Positions 28,780-38,398 of a stretch of DNA of 64,000 nt are shown one piece after another. The first letter of the stretch is position 1; every line of letters begins with the position of its first letter. This DNA comes from an uncultured Microbacterium sp. GTDB taxonomy: Bacteria > Actinomycetota > Actinomycetes > Actinomycetales > Microbacteriaceae. A model generated the notes under the pieces. The model searched no databases and was not told the DNA's origin. It saw nothing but the letters and a program-made list of their open reading frames with translations. The position numbers were made by a program, and so were the translations under genes. The DNA lies in NCBI RefSeq assembly GCF_964244775.1, contig NZ_CAXTJR010000011.1:20751-84750 (forward strand), read 5' to 3'.

Positions 28780-30741
28780 TCACCAGATCGTGACGCGCTT
28801 GCTCTCGTCGAGCCAGAGCTGGTCGGATTCGGTGACCCCGAAAGCATCGTAGAACGCGTCGATGTTGCGCACGATCTGATTGCATCTGAATTCGTTGGGA
28901 GAATGCGGGTCGATCGTCAGCAGGCGGATCGTCTCAGCATCCCGTCCCTTCTGCTGCCAGATCTGCCCCCAGCTGAGGAACAGTCTCTGGATGCCGGTGA
29001 ATCCGTCGATTTCCGGGGCTTCGGCGCCGCGCAGCGACAGCTCATAGGCCTTCAGCGCGATGCCCAGGCCGCCGAGGTCGCCGATGTTCTCGCCGATGGT
29101 CAACTCGCCGTTCACCGTATTTTCATCCGCGAGCCCCACGGGCACCAGCGCGTTGTACTGCTCTATCAGTGCCTTCGTGCGCTCCTCGAACGCCTCGCGA
29201 TCAGCATCCGTCCACCAGTCGCGCAGCGACCCGTCGCCGTCGAAGCGGCTGCCCTGGTCGTCGAAGCCGTGGCCGATCTCATGACCGATCACGGCGCCGA
29301 TCCCGCCGTAGTTGGCTGCGGCATCGCGATCGGGCTCGAAGAACGGGTACTGCAGGATCGCCGCCGGGAACACGATCTCGTTCATGAGCGGGTTGTAGTA
29401 GGCATTGACCGTCTGCGGCGTCATGAACCACTCGTCGCGGTCGATCGGCTGGCCGACCTTGCCGAGCTGCCTGTCGTGCTCCCAGATGTGCGCGCGACGC
29501 ACGTTGCCGACCAGGTCGGACGCGTCGATCTCGAGGGCCGCGTAGTCCTTCCAGGTGACGGGGAAGCCGATCTTCGGAGTGAAGGCGTCGAGCTTGGCGA
29601 GCGCACGCTCACGGGTCTCGGGGGTCATCCACTCGAGCGCCGCGATGCTCTGGCGGTACGCCTCGACGAGGTTGCCGACCAGCTCGTCCATCGCGACCTT
29701 GGCGGCCGGCGGGAAGTGGCGTTCGACGTAGACCTTGCCGACGGCTTCGCCGAGAGCCGCCTCGACCAGGCTCACGCCGCGCTTCCACCGCTCGCGGTTG
29801 ACCGGTACGCCGGTGAGCTGCGTGCCGTAGAAGGCGAAGTTCTCGGCGACGAACTCGTCCGAGAGGAACGCGGCGGCGGAGTGCACGATCTTGAACCGCA
29901 GCCACGCCTTCCAGTCATCGAGTCGCTCTTCCGCGAGCACCGCGCCGAGACCCTGGACGAAGCTCGGCTGGTACACGTTGACCTCGGTGAACGCGGCGGC
30001 GTGATCAGCGGCGATGCCTTCGAGCCACGGCTGGAGGTCGACGCCGGCGAGGGCCAGCAGGTCGTCCCACGACATGAGGTTGTACGTGGCGACGGCGTCG
30101 CGGCTGCGCACGTTGTCCCAGTGGTGGGTCGCGAGGTCGGCTTCGATCCCGACGACGCGGTCTGCGGCATCCGATGCGTTCTCGATGCCGGCGAGGGCGA
30201 GGATCCGCTCGATGTGCTCGCGGTACGCGATGCGCGTCTCGGTGAAGTTCTCGAGGCGGTAGTAGCTCTCGTCGGGCAGCGACAGGCCGCCCTGGATGAG
30301 GAACGGCACGTAGCGCTCGGGGTCACCCGGATCGGGTTCGACGTACAGCTCGATGAGGCCGCTGACGCCGTCGCGCTCGAGCGTGCCGATCGTGCGCAGG
30401 AGCGAGGGGATGCTGTCGATCCCGTCGACGAGCGCGAGGTTCTCCGCGAGCGGCGCGGCGCCCAGCTCGGCGATGCGCTCGGTGTCGAGGAAGCTCGCAT
30501 AGAGGTCGCCGATCTTGCGGGTCTCGGTGCCCGGTTCGGCGTCCTGCGACTCTTCGATGATCGTGCGAACGTGCTTCTCGGCCTGCTCGGCGATGAGGTG
30601 GAACGACCCCCAGCGCGCCTTGTCTTCGGGGATCTCGGTGCGCTCCAGCCACTGTCCGTTGACGTGGCGGAAGAGGTCGTCCTGCGGGCGGATCTCGGCG
30701 CTCAGATCGTCGAGCGCGAGACCGGTTCGGGGCTCGGTCAT
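28780..30741 (-). CDS. pepO: M13-family zinc metallopeptidase (PepO/neprilysin-like)
   Basis: 653 aa. Motifs are HEIGHGFDDQG, NAYYNP and GENIGDLGG. Confidence 0.9.
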   Translation of the reverse strand: MTEPRTGLALDDLSAEIRPQDDLFRHVNGQWLERTEIPEDKARWGSFHLIAEQAEKHVRTIIEESQDAEPGTETRKIGDLYASFLDTERIAELGAAPLAENLALVDGIDSIPSLLRTIGTLERDGVSGLIELYVEPDPGDPERYVPFLIQGGLSLPDESYYRLENFTETRIAYREHIERILALAGIENASDAADRVVGIEADLATHHWDNVRSRDAVATYNLMSWDDLLALAGVDLQPWLEGIAADHAAAFTEVNVYQPSFVQGLGAVLAEERLDDWKAWLRFKIVHSAAAFLSDEFVAENFAFYGTQLTGVPVNRERWKRGVSLVEAALGEAVGKVYVERHFPPAAKVAMDELVGNLVEAYRQSIAALEWMTPETRERALAKLDAFTPKIGFPVTWKDYAALEIDASDLVGNVRRAHIWEHDRQLGKVGQPIDRDEWFMTPQTVNAYYNPLMNEIVFPAAILQYPFFEPDRDAAANYGGIGAVIGHEIGHGFDDQGSRFDGDGSLRDWWTDADREAFEERTKALIEQYNALVPVGLADENTVNGELTIGENIGDLGGLGIALKAYELSLRGAEAPEIDGFTGIQRLFLSWGQIWQQKGRDAETIRLLTIDPHSPNEFRCNQIVRNIDAFYDAFGVTESDQLWLDESKRVTIW

Positions 30742-30809
30742 CCGTCAAGGATATGCGTCTGGATGTCGGACGCCGCCGGTATCGTCAGGAGAAATGAGAG
30801 GACCTTGCT

Positions 30810-31361
30810 ATGACGACGCTTCCCGACAGAGAGAACACCGCGCTGCTCGTGGTCGATGTGCAGCATGACGTGGTCTCCGACGCGTACGAGCGCGACGCGG
30901 TCGTGGGCCGGATCCGCGGGCTGGTCGATCGCGCGCGCGGCGCGGGCGTGCCGGTCGTGTGGGTGCAGCACTCCGACGAAGAGCTCGTGATCGACGAGGC
31001 CGGCTGGCAGATCGTGCCCGAGCTCGTGCCCGCCGAGGGCGACGCCCGGGTGCGCAAGGAGTACGGCGACTCGTTCGAGGGCACCGATCTCGAAGAAGTG
31101 CTCGCGCGCCTCGCAGTGGGGCGCCTCGTCGTCGCCGGTGCCGAGACCGACGCCTGCATCCGCTCGACGATCCACGGTGCGTTCGCGCGCGGCTACGACA
31201 CGATCCTGGTGGGCGACGCGCATACGAGCAACGACAAGTCGCAGTGGGGCGCGCCGTCACCGGCCGATGTCACCGCGCACACCAACCTGTACTGGTCGCA
31301 CCAGGCCGCGCCCGGTAAGACGGCAGGCGTCGTTGACGCGGAGGACGTCGAGTTCTCCTGA
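30810..31361 (+). CDS. Isochorismatase-family cysteine hydrolase
   Basis: LLVVDVQHD and the catalytic Cys context AETDACIRST. Confidence 0.8.
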   Translation: MTTLPDRENTALLVVDVQHDVVSDAYERDAVVGRIRGLVDRARGAGVPVVWVQHSDEELVIDEAGWQIVPELVPAEGDARVRKEYGDSFEGTDLEEVLARLAVGRLVVAGAETDACIRSTIHGAFARGYDTILVGDAHTSNDKSQWGAPSPADVTAHTNLYWSHQAAPGKTAGVVDAEDVEFS

Positions 31362-31384
31362 CCCACCCCGCTTAGGCTCAGACC

Positions 31385-32707
31385 GTGAGCACCGGCCACA
31401 CGCTGAACCGCGACATCCTGCGGCTCGCGGTGCCCGCGCTCGGGGCGCTGATCGCCGAGCCGCTGTTTCTCATCGTCGACTCGGCGCTCGTCGGGCACCT
31501 AGGCGTCGTGCCGCTCGCGGGGCTCGGAATCGCCTCGGCGGTGCTCCAGACGATCGTCGGGCTCATGGTGTTCTTGGCCTACTCCACCACCCCGGCGGTC
31601 GCCCGGCGGTTCGGCGGGGGCGATCCCTCGCGCGCAGTGTCGGTGGGGATAGACGGGATGTGGCTGGCCCTCGGGCTCGGTGCGGTGCTCGCGCTCGTCG
31701 GGTATGTGACGACACCGTTCCTCGTCGGGCTCTTCGGCGCGGGTGCTGAGGTCTCGGAACAGGCCGAGATCTACCTCGGCCTGTCGATGTGGGGCCTGCC
31801 CGCGATGCTGATCGTGTTCGCGGCCACCGGTCTCCTCCGCGGCATGCAGGACACCGTCACTCCCCTGTGGATCGCCGGCCTCGGCTTCGCCGCCAACGCG
31901 CTGCTCAACTGGCTCCTGATCTACGGGTTCGGCTGGGGTATCGCAGGATCGGCCGCCGGAACGGTGCTGGCCCAGTGGGGCATGGTCGGCGCCTATGCGT
32001 ACGTCATCGGGCGTCTCGCGCGGCGGCACTCGGCATCCATCCGTCCGCAGCGCGATTCAGTACGCGCATCGGCGCGGTCAGGCGGGTGGCTCTTCCTGCG
32101 CACGCTGTCGCTCCGGACGGCGCTGCTCGCGACGGTTGCGGTAGCGGTGGGGCTCGGCACCGGCGAGCTCGCCGGATGGCAGGTCGTGTTCACGATTTTC
32201 ACGACCACCGCGTTCGCCCTCGACGCCCTCGCGATCGCCGCGCAGGCGCTCATCGGAAAGGGCCTCGGTGCCGGCGACCAGCCGCTCGTGCGGCGCGTGC
32301 TCGGCCGCACGGTCGCGTGGGGGGCGTGGTTCGGCGTCGCGGTCGGGCTCGTGGTCGGTGCGCTGTCGGGAGTCATCGGGATCGTCTTCACCGGGGATGC
32401 GGGGGTCGCCGCCCTGATCCAGCCCGCGCTCATCGTGCTGGCCGTGGCCCAGCCGATCTGCGGCATCGTGTTCGTGCTCGACGGCGTGCTCATCGGCGCG
32501 GGCGACGGCCGGTACCTCGCGGTGGCCGGCGTCATCAATCTCGTCGTCTTCGCCCCCGCACTGGCACTCGTGGCCGTGCTCTCACCGGACGGGTGGGCGG
32601 GCCTCGCCTGGCTCTCGGCGTCGTTCTTCGGCGTGTACATGCTCGCCCGGCTGGCGACGCTCGGCTGGCGCATCCGGGGCGCCGCCTGGATGACCGCGGG
32701 CGCCTGA
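31385..32707 (+). CDS. MATE-family efflux transporter (DinF-like)
   Basis: 440 aa with 12 hydrophobic segments. The N-terminus LAVPALGALIAEPLFLIVDSALVGHLG is typical of MATE proteins. Confidence 0.85.
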   Translation: MSTGHTLNRDILRLAVPALGALIAEPLFLIVDSALVGHLGVVPLAGLGIASAVLQTIVGLMVFLAYSTTPAVARRFGGGDPSRAVSVGIDGMWLALGLGAVLALVGYVTTPFLVGLFGAGAEVSEQAEIYLGLSMWGLPAMLIVFAATGLLRGMQDTVTPLWIAGLGFAANALLNWLLIYGFGWGIAGSAAGTVLAQWGMVGAYAYVIGRLARRHSASIRPQRDSVRASARSGGWLFLRTLSLRTALLATVAVAVGLGTGELAGWQVVFTIFTTTAFALDALAIAAQALIGKGLGAGDQPLVRRVLGRTVAWGAWFGVAVGLVVGALSGVIGIVFTGDAGVAALIQPALIVLAVAQPICGIVFVLDGVLIGAGDGRYLAVAGVINLVVFAPALALVAVLSPDGWAGLAWLSASFFGVYMLARLATLGWRIRGAAWMTAGA

Positions 32708-32712
32708 GCCGG

Positions 32713-33360
32713 CTACGCCCAGCGGCGACACCACTCGTACATCACGACGGCGGCCGCCGCACTCGCGTTGATCGAGCGGGTCGAGCCGTACTGGGTGATC
32801 TCGACGATCCCGGATGCCGCGGCCAGCGCCTCATCGCTGAGCCCGGGCCCCTCCTGACCGAACAGCAGCACGCAGCGCTGGGGGAGGTCAGCGCGGTCGA
32901 CCGGCACCGACCCGCCGACGTTGTCGACCGCGACGACGGGCAGCCCGGCCTCGGCCGCCCATGCGGCGAAGGACGCGACATCCGGATGATGCACGACGTG
33001 CTGATACCGGTCGGTGACCATCGCGCCCCGGCGGTTCCAGCGGCGGCGGCCGATGATGTGGACCGTGTCGGCGAGGAACGCGTTGGCGCTGCGCACGATC
33101 GAGCCGATGTTCATGTCGTGCTGCCAGTTCTCGATCGCCACGTGGAACGGGTGCCGGCGCTCATCGAGATCGGCCACGATCGCGTCCATCCGCCAGTAGC
33201 GGTAGCGGTCGATCACGTTGCGGGCGTCGCCGCCGGCGAGCAGGTCGGGGTCGTACCGCTCGTCGTCGGGCCACTCGTCGGGCCCGCCGGGCCACGGCCC
33301 GACGCCGACCGGAGCACTCGGCTCGTCCGGCTCTGCGGCGATCCGTTCGGTGTGACCCAT
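32713..33360 (-). CDS. TrmH/SpoU-family RNA 2'-O-methyltransferase
   Basis: This is the C-terminal part of the spurious 734-aa ORF. ATG is at 33360 (MGHTERI). Motifs are LLFGQEGPGLS and STRSINASAAAAVVMYE. Confidence 0.8.
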   Translation of the reverse strand: MGHTERIAAEPDEPSAPVGVGPWPGGPDEWPDDERYDPDLLAGGDARNVIDRYRYWRMDAIVADLDERRHPFHVAIENWQHDMNIGSIVRSANAFLADTVHIIGRRRWNRRGAMVTDRYQHVVHHPDVASFAAWAAEAGLPVVAVDNVGGSVPVDRADLPQRCVLLFGQEGPGLSDEALAAASGIVEITQYGSTRSINASAAAAVVMYEWCRRWA

Positions 33361-33404
33361 CCGTCCACGGTATCGCGCGCGCCCGGCGTCTTCTCGCGGC
33401 GGGG

Positions 33405-33506
33405 TGTGCCATAACTCCGCCTGGGGCAGCGGCGGGAGGCGGGCCCTCGAGGTGCGGTGGGGTGAGCCCGCCGATGGCCGAGAAGTCGAGGAGGAGTTAT
33501 GGCACA
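33405..33506. repeat. 14-bp perfect inverted repeat TGTGCCATAACTCC (33405-33418) / GGAGTTATGGCACA (33493-33506), separated by 74 nt, in the trmH-mntH divergent region
   Basis: Read directly. Confidence 0.85.
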
Positions 33507-33524
33507 ACGACGCGGCGTAGCCGC

Positions 33525-33548
33525 CATATTTCGGTGACCCGAAATATG
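33525..33548. promoter_or_regulatory. Perfect palindrome CATATTTCGG-tgac-CCGAAATATG, 20 nt upstream of mntH; candidate MntR/DtxR-family operator
   Basis: Read directly. It is AT-rich and lies immediately upstream of the NRAMP gene; the DtxR-family regulator is encoded just downstream. Confidence 0.55.
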
Positions 33549-33567
33549 AAGGGTATAGGATTTCGGT

Positions 33568-34878
33568 ATGCCGAAAACTGCCGGGATGGAAGGACGGGTC
33601 GCCTCTGCCCGGCGCACCTCCGTGCCGCGGGTGGCCTGGCTCATCGGTCCCGCGCTGGTGGCCGGGGTCGCCTATCTCGACCCCGGCAACGTCGCGAGCA
33701 ACATGACCGCAGGCGCGCGGTTCGGCTACCTCCTCGTGTGGGTCGTCGTGCTCGGCAACGTCATGGCGTGGCTCATCCAGTACCTCTCCGCCAAACTGGG
33801 CATCGTCACGGGTCAGAGCCTGCCGGAGGCGCTGGGCCGTCGCATCCGCAATCCCTGGGGCCGTCGCGCGTACTGGCTGCAGGCCGAACTCGTGGCGATG
33901 GCCACCGACATCGCCGAAGTGATCGGCGGCGCCGTGGCCCTGAACCTGCTCTTCGGGCTCCCCCTGGTCCTCGGCGGCGTGATCACCGGCGTCGTCTCGC
34001 TGGGCCTCCTGATCCTGCAGTCGCGTCACGGCGCACGCACGTTCGAGGTCGTCGTCATCGGCCTGATCGCGATCATCGCGATCGGGTTCACGTTCGGAGT
34101 CTTCGTCGCCCCGCCCGACGGCGCCGCCGTGCTCGGCGGGCTGGTTCCCCGCTTCGAGGGGTCCGGCTCGGTGCTGCTGGCAGCATCCATCCTCGGCGCG
34201 ACCATCATGCCGCACGCCATCTATGCGCACTCCGCCCTCGCCCGCGACCGATTCCCCGCGCCGGCGGATGTCATGGGTGCGGAGCAGACCACGGATGCTG
34301 CGCTCGCACTCGCCCGCGGCATCCCCACCGCTCGCCTGCTCCGCGCGACCCGCTGGGACGTGAGCATCGCGATGATCATCGCGGGGACCGTGAATCTGTG
34401 CATCCTGCTGCTGGCCGCCGCCAACCTCGCGGGGGTCCGCGGGACGGATTCGCTGGAGGGCGCGTACGCCGCGCTCAGCGCCGGCATCGGTCCGGTCGTG
34501 GCCACCCTGTTCGCGGTGGGGCTGCTCGCCAGCGGACTGGCGAGCACCTCGGTGGGCGCCTACGCCGGCGCCGAGATCATGCGCGGCCTCCTCCATGTGC
34601 GCGTGCCGCTCCTCGCCCGCCGGCTGGTCACGCTGATCCCGGCGCTCATCCTGCTCGGCATCGGCGTCGATCCCACCGTGGCCCTGGTGCTGAGCCAGGT
34701 CGTGCTGTCGTTCGGCATTCCGTTCGCGCTGATCCCGCTCGTCGCGCTCACTGCGCGCGGCGACGTGCTCGGGCCCTTCCGCAACCGGTGGGGTACGACG
34801 GCGGCGGGGGTCGCAGCATCCGTCTTCCTCATCGCGCTCAACGGCGTGCTGCTGTGGCTCGTGATCAGCGGAACCTGA
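33568..34878 (+). CDS. mntH: NRAMP-family divalent metal (Mn2+/Fe2+) transporter
   Basis: AYLDPGNVASN (DPGN motif). 436 aa, polytopic. Confidence 0.9.
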   Translation: MPKTAGMEGRVASARRTSVPRVAWLIGPALVAGVAYLDPGNVASNMTAGARFGYLLVWVVVLGNVMAWLIQYLSAKLGIVTGQSLPEALGRRIRNPWGRRAYWLQAELVAMATDIAEVIGGAVALNLLFGLPLVLGGVITGVVSLGLLILQSRHGARTFEVVVIGLIAIIAIGFTFGVFVAPPDGAAVLGGLVPRFEGSGSVLLAASILGATIMPHAIYAHSALARDRFPAPADVMGAEQTTDAALALARGIPTARLLRATRWDVSIAMIIAGTVNLCILLLAAANLAGVRGTDSLEGAYAALSAGIGPVVATLFAVGLLASGLASTSVGAYAGAEIMRGLLHVRVPLLARRLVTLIPALILLGIGVDPTVALVLSQVVLSFGIPFALIPLVALTARGDVLGPFRNRWGTTAAGVAASVFLIALNGVLLWLVISGT

Positions 34879-34910
34879 AGCACGCAGGTGCCGACCGGTA
34901 GCCTGAAACC

Positions 34911-35546
34911 GTGGCATCTCCTGCGGTCGACGACTACCTCAAGACGATCTACCACCACACCGAGTGGCAGAGCGAGCACATCACCCCGTCGCAGCTCGCG
35001 CTCGAACTCGGCCTCGCCCCCTCGAGCGTCACCGAGATGGTGCAGAAGCTCGCCGCACAGGGGCTCGTCACCCACCGGCCCTACGGCCCGGTCTCGCTCA
35101 CGCCGGCCGGCGAGCGGCGCGCGGCCGAAGTGGTCCGCCGGCACCGGCTCATCGAGACGTGGCTCGTGCAGGAGTACGGCTACGCGTGGGACGAAGTGCA
35201 CGATGAGGCCGAGGTGCTCGAGCACACCGTGAGCGACCGGCTGCTCGACGGCATCGACGCCCGGCTCGGTCGCCCGGCGTTCGACCCGCACGGCGACGCG
35301 ATTCCGGATGCCGCCGGCAGCGTCCATCGCGAGCCCTTCGTCCTGCTCGCCGACGCCGCGCCGGGCCATCGGGGCAGGGTGCTGCGGGTGAGCGACCGCA
35401 ACCCCGCGGTCCTGCGCGGACTCGACGATGCCGGGGTGCGCCCCGGCACGGAGGTGACGGTGCAGGATGCCGCGGCCCTCGTGGTCGACGGCGCGACGCT
35501 CGATCTGCCCGAGGGAGCGGCCCAGGCGGTCTGGCTCAGCGCCTGA
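34911..35546 (+). CDS. mntR: DtxR/MntR-family metal-dependent transcriptional regulator
   Basis: VDDYLKTIYHH, an HTH, RRHRLIETWL, and a C-terminal SH3-like/FeoA-like domain. Confidence 0.85.
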   Translation: MASPAVDDYLKTIYHHTEWQSEHITPSQLALELGLAPSSVTEMVQKLAAQGLVTHRPYGPVSLTPAGERRAAEVVRRHRLIETWLVQEYGYAWDEVHDEAEVLEHTVSDRLLDGIDARLGRPAFDPHGDAIPDAAGSVHREPFVLLADAAPGHRGRVLRVSDRNPAVLRGLDDAGVRPGTEVTVQDAAALVVDGATLDLPEGAAQAVWLSA

Positions 35547-35596
35547 CCCGCAGTGCCCTCAGACCCGTAGGGCCCTCGGACCCGGAGTGCCCCTCA
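35545..35596. repeat. Three tandem 17-18-bp units (GACCCGCAGTGCCCTCA / GACCCGTAGGGCCCTCG / GACCCGGAGTGCCCCTCA) filling the convergent intergenic gap
   Basis: Read directly. The units abut both stop codons (35544-46 and 35594-96). Unit 2 contains the palindrome AGGGCCCT. Confidence 0.85.
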
Positions 35597-36538
35597 CAGT
35601 CGAGCGGCGGACTCGAACGGCCAGTGCACGCCGGCGGCCTCTTCGCACACGCCCCACAGGCGCTCCGCGATCTCGGTGCTGCGTGTGATCTTCGCCGGCT
35701 TCGCTGCGCGCGGCTCTCCGTGCAAGCCGAAACGAGGACCCAGGAACTGACCGCCCTCGACCCCGGGGTCGACGAGTGCACGCACGAGGGGCCACGCCCC
35801 GTGGTCTTTCGATTGCGTGATCGCCGCCTGCAGGTTATCGGCGAAGCGGGTCATCCGCCCCGGTTCGTTCACGCCTCGGATGCCGACGGTGCGTCCGCTC
35901 GTGGAGTATCCGGGGTGGGCGATGACGCTCGCGACGGGAACGTCGGCGGCGCGCAGGCGGCGGTCGGCCTCGAGCCCCAGCGCTGTGGTCGCGACCTTCG
36001 ACTGCACGTACGCGCGCCACGGGCTGTACCCCTCGGCGAGCTGCGGGTCGACCGGGTCATATGCCCACATCGAGGTCGACATGCTGCCGAGCCACACCAT
36101 GCGACCGGATGCTGCGGCCAGGGTCAGCAGCAGCGCCCCGGCGAGCGCGAAATGGCCGAGGGCGTTCGTCGCGAACACGACCTCGTTGTCGTCGAGGGTG
36201 CACTCGCGGGTCTTCGGAGGATGGACGATCCCGGCGTTCAGCAGCAGACCGTCGAGCGCTCCGCGCGCGCCGACCGTCGCGGCGGCGGCACGCACCGAGC
36301 CGAGATTGCTCGTGTCGAGCAAGAGGGTCTCGACCGAGGCATCCGGCACCCGTCGCGTGAGCGCAGCCTTGGCCGCCATGAGTCGGTTGGGGCTGCGGCC
36401 GGTCATGATCACGTGCGCCCCGGCGCCGGTGAGCTGCTCGGTGGAGAAATACCCCAGCCCGGCGTTGGAGCCGGTCACGAGGTAAGTGCGTCCCGCCAGA
36501 TCGGGCAGTTCGCGCGGATTCCAGTCGTGTCGGGCCAC
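35594..36538 (-). CDS. Short-chain dehydrogenase/reductase (retinol-dehydrogenase-like SDR)
   Basis: VTGSNAGLG, NAG and YVQSK motifs. The start is taken as GTG 36538 and is uncertain. Confidence 0.7.
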   Translation of the reverse strand: MARHDWNPRELPDLAGRTYLVTGSNAGLGYFSTEQLTGAGAHVIMTGRSPNRLMAAKAALTRRVPDASVETLLLDTSNLGSVRAAAATVGARGALDGLLLNAGIVHPPKTRECTLDDNEVVFATNALGHFALAGALLLTLAAASGRMVWLGSMSTSMWAYDPVDPQLAEGYSPWRAYVQSKVATTALGLEADRRLRAADVPVASVIAHPGYSTSGRTVGIRGVNEPGRMTRFADNLQAAITQSKDHGAWPLVRALVDPGVEGGQFLGPRFGLHGEPRAAKPAKITRSTEIAERLWGVCEEAAGVHWPFESAARL

Positions 36539-36637
36539 GACTTCGAGACTAGGCCCCGCCCGACGCTCCGAAGACCAGTTCGCGCCGCGTCGCCCCCGGT
36601 CGCGGTACGCTCGCGCCCCGCCGCTCGCGCGCCCCGC

Positions 36638-36866
36638 GGTGATCGAGTAGCGAGCTTGCGAGCGTATCGAGATCCCCCGGACCAACGAACTACGCAGGCT
36701 CGGCGCCGGGTCTCGATACGGCGCTGGCGCGCCTACTCGACCTCCGCCGGGGCGCTCGCGCGCCTACTCGACCTCCGCCGGGGCGCTCGCGCGCCTACTC
36801 GACCTCCGCATCAAGGCCGTGGTGATCGAGTAGCGAGCTTGCGAGCGTATCGAGATCCCCCGGACC
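36638..36866 (-). repeat. Composite intergenic repeat, locus I: A(rc) - spacer - C - three tandem 31-bp B units - A(rc)
   Basis: A is GGTGATCGAGTAGCGAGCTTGCGAGCGTATCGAGATCCCCCGGACC at 36638-36683 and 36821-36866. B is CGCGCCTACTCGACCTCCGCCGGGGCGCTCG, starting at 36728, 36759 and 36790. The same modules recur at about 39.9, 45.5 and 46.4 kb. Confidence 0.9.
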
Positions 36867-36881
36867 GGCGAATCACGCAGG

Positions 36882-37721
36882 CTAGAAGATCATCGGGCGA
36901 TCGTCGTCGTCCGGGCCGGTCAGATCCAGGTCGACGACGACCGGCACGTGGTCGCTCGGCGCCTCGCCCTTGCGCTCGTTGCGATGGATCGCCGCGCCGG
37001 TGACAGCATCCGCGAACGCATGAGAGCCGAGGATGAAGTCGATCCGCATCCCCTCGTTCTTCGGGAAGCGGAGGCGCTTGTAGTCCCAGTACGTGTAGCC
37101 GGTCGGCACGAGCGGGCGCACCACGTCGACGAGGCCGGCCGCTTCGAGTGCCGCGTACGCCTCGCGCTCGGGGGGCGAGACGTGCGTCGCAAAGCCCTCG
37201 ACGACGGCCGGGTCGCCGTTGTCGGCGTTCGTCGGGGCGATCTTGAAGTCGCCGACGAGGGCGAGCGCCTGATCGGGCGTGTCGTTCAGGGTCTGCCGCA
37301 CGTGCTGCTCGAGGGCGCCCAGCCAGTCGAGCTTGTAGAAGTAGTGCGGGTCTCCCAGCGCCCGTCCGTTCGGCACGTACAGGCTCCATACCCGTACGCC
37401 GCCGACCGTCGCGCCGAGCGCCCGCGCCTCGAGCGGTGAATCGGGTCCTGAGACGTTGCCTGCGAACCCGGGCATACCGGGGAACGATGTCTCGACCCCC
37501 GTCAGCGGCTCACGGCTGGCGATCGCGACGCCGTTCCACTGCGAGAAGCCGTGCGCCTCGACGTGGTAGCCGGCCTCGGCGAACGCGTCGAACGGGAACT
37601 GCGCGACGGTGCATTTGATCTCCTGCATCGCGAGCACATCGACGCTCTCGCGCACGGCGAAATCGACGATGCGGTCCACGCGGGCACGGACGGAGTTGAC
37701 GTTCCAAGTGGCCAGACGCAT
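36882..37721 (-). CDS. xthA: Exodeoxyribonuclease III
   Basis: Trimmed to MRLATWNVNS (cat 37719-37721). Contains QEIK and SDHVPVVVDL. Confidence 0.9.
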   Translation of the reverse strand: MRLATWNVNSVRARVDRIVDFAVRESVDVLAMQEIKCTVAQFPFDAFAEAGYHVEAHGFSQWNGVAIASREPLTGVETSFPGMPGFAGNVSGPDSPLEARALGATVGGVRVWSLYVPNGRALGDPHYFYKLDWLGALEQHVRQTLNDTPDQALALVGDFKIAPTNADNGDPAVVEGFATHVSPPEREAYAALEAAGLVDVVRPLVPTGYTYWDYKRLRFPKNEGMRIDFILGSHAFADAVTGAAIHRNERKGEAPSDHVPVVVDLDLTGPDDDDRPMIF

Positions 37722-37809
37722 AGCATCCAGCCTAAGGCGGCCCACCGACGGCACCGCGTACTGCCGACCGCAGATCGGCCCCCACGGGCGCGCCCGTACA
37801 CTCGGAGCC

Positions 37810-38388
37810 ATGACCGCAGCATCCACACCTGAGATCGAAGCCGACCGCCGGGCGCTCATCGACCTGATCAAGACCGAGGCGGTGTTCCACGGCGACTTCG
37901 TGCTCTCCAGCGGCAATCGCGCGACCTACTACGTCGATATGCGCAAGCTCACGCTCGACCACCGCGCCGCCCCGGCCATCGGCCGCATCATGCTCGATCT
38001 GATCGGCGGGATCGACGGCATCGTCGCCGTCGGCGGACTGACGCTCGGCGCCGACCCGATCGCGAACTCGGTCATGCACGAGTCGACCCGCACCGATCGG
38101 CCCCTGAACGCGTTCGTCGTGCGCAAAGAGCCGAAAGACCACGGTCGCGGTCGCCAGATCGAGGGAGCGGATGTCGCGGGCACGCGCGTCGTCGTCGTCG
38201 AAGACACCTCGACCACGGGTCAGTCCGCGTTGAAGGCGGTCGAGGCGCTCCGCCGCGAAGGCGCCGAGCCGGTGGCCGTCGCCGTGATCGTCGACCGCAA
38301 GACCGGCGCCCAGGCCGCCGTCGAAGCCGCCGGGCTGCAATGGCTCGCCGCGATCGACCTCGACGACCTCGGCCTGGATCCGCAGTAG
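37810..38388 (+). CDS. pyrE: Orotate phosphoribosyltransferase
   Basis: ATG is at 37810. The PRPP-binding loop is VVVVEDTSTTGQS. Confidence 0.9.
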   Translation: MTAASTPEIEADRRALIDLIKTEAVFHGDFVLSSGNRATYYVDMRKLTLDHRAAPAIGRIMLDLIGGIDGIVAVGGLTLGADPIANSVMHESTRTDRPLNAFVVRKEPKDHGRGRQIEGADVAGTRVVVVEDTSTTGQSALKAVEALRREGAEPVAVAVIVDRKTGAQAAVEAAGLQWLAAIDLDDLGLDPQ

Positions 38389-38398
38389 CGGAGCCTGA

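Noticed and set aside
36638-36866. ORFs running through the dispersed repeats (e.g. 35624..37003, 39460..40080, 45482..46102, 46419..47381), giving peptides such as SIRRWRAYSTSA and RYARKLATRSP
   Set aside because: The same peptides arise only because the same intergenic DNA repeat is translated. They have no RBS or start context and no domain, and they overlap real genes on either side.
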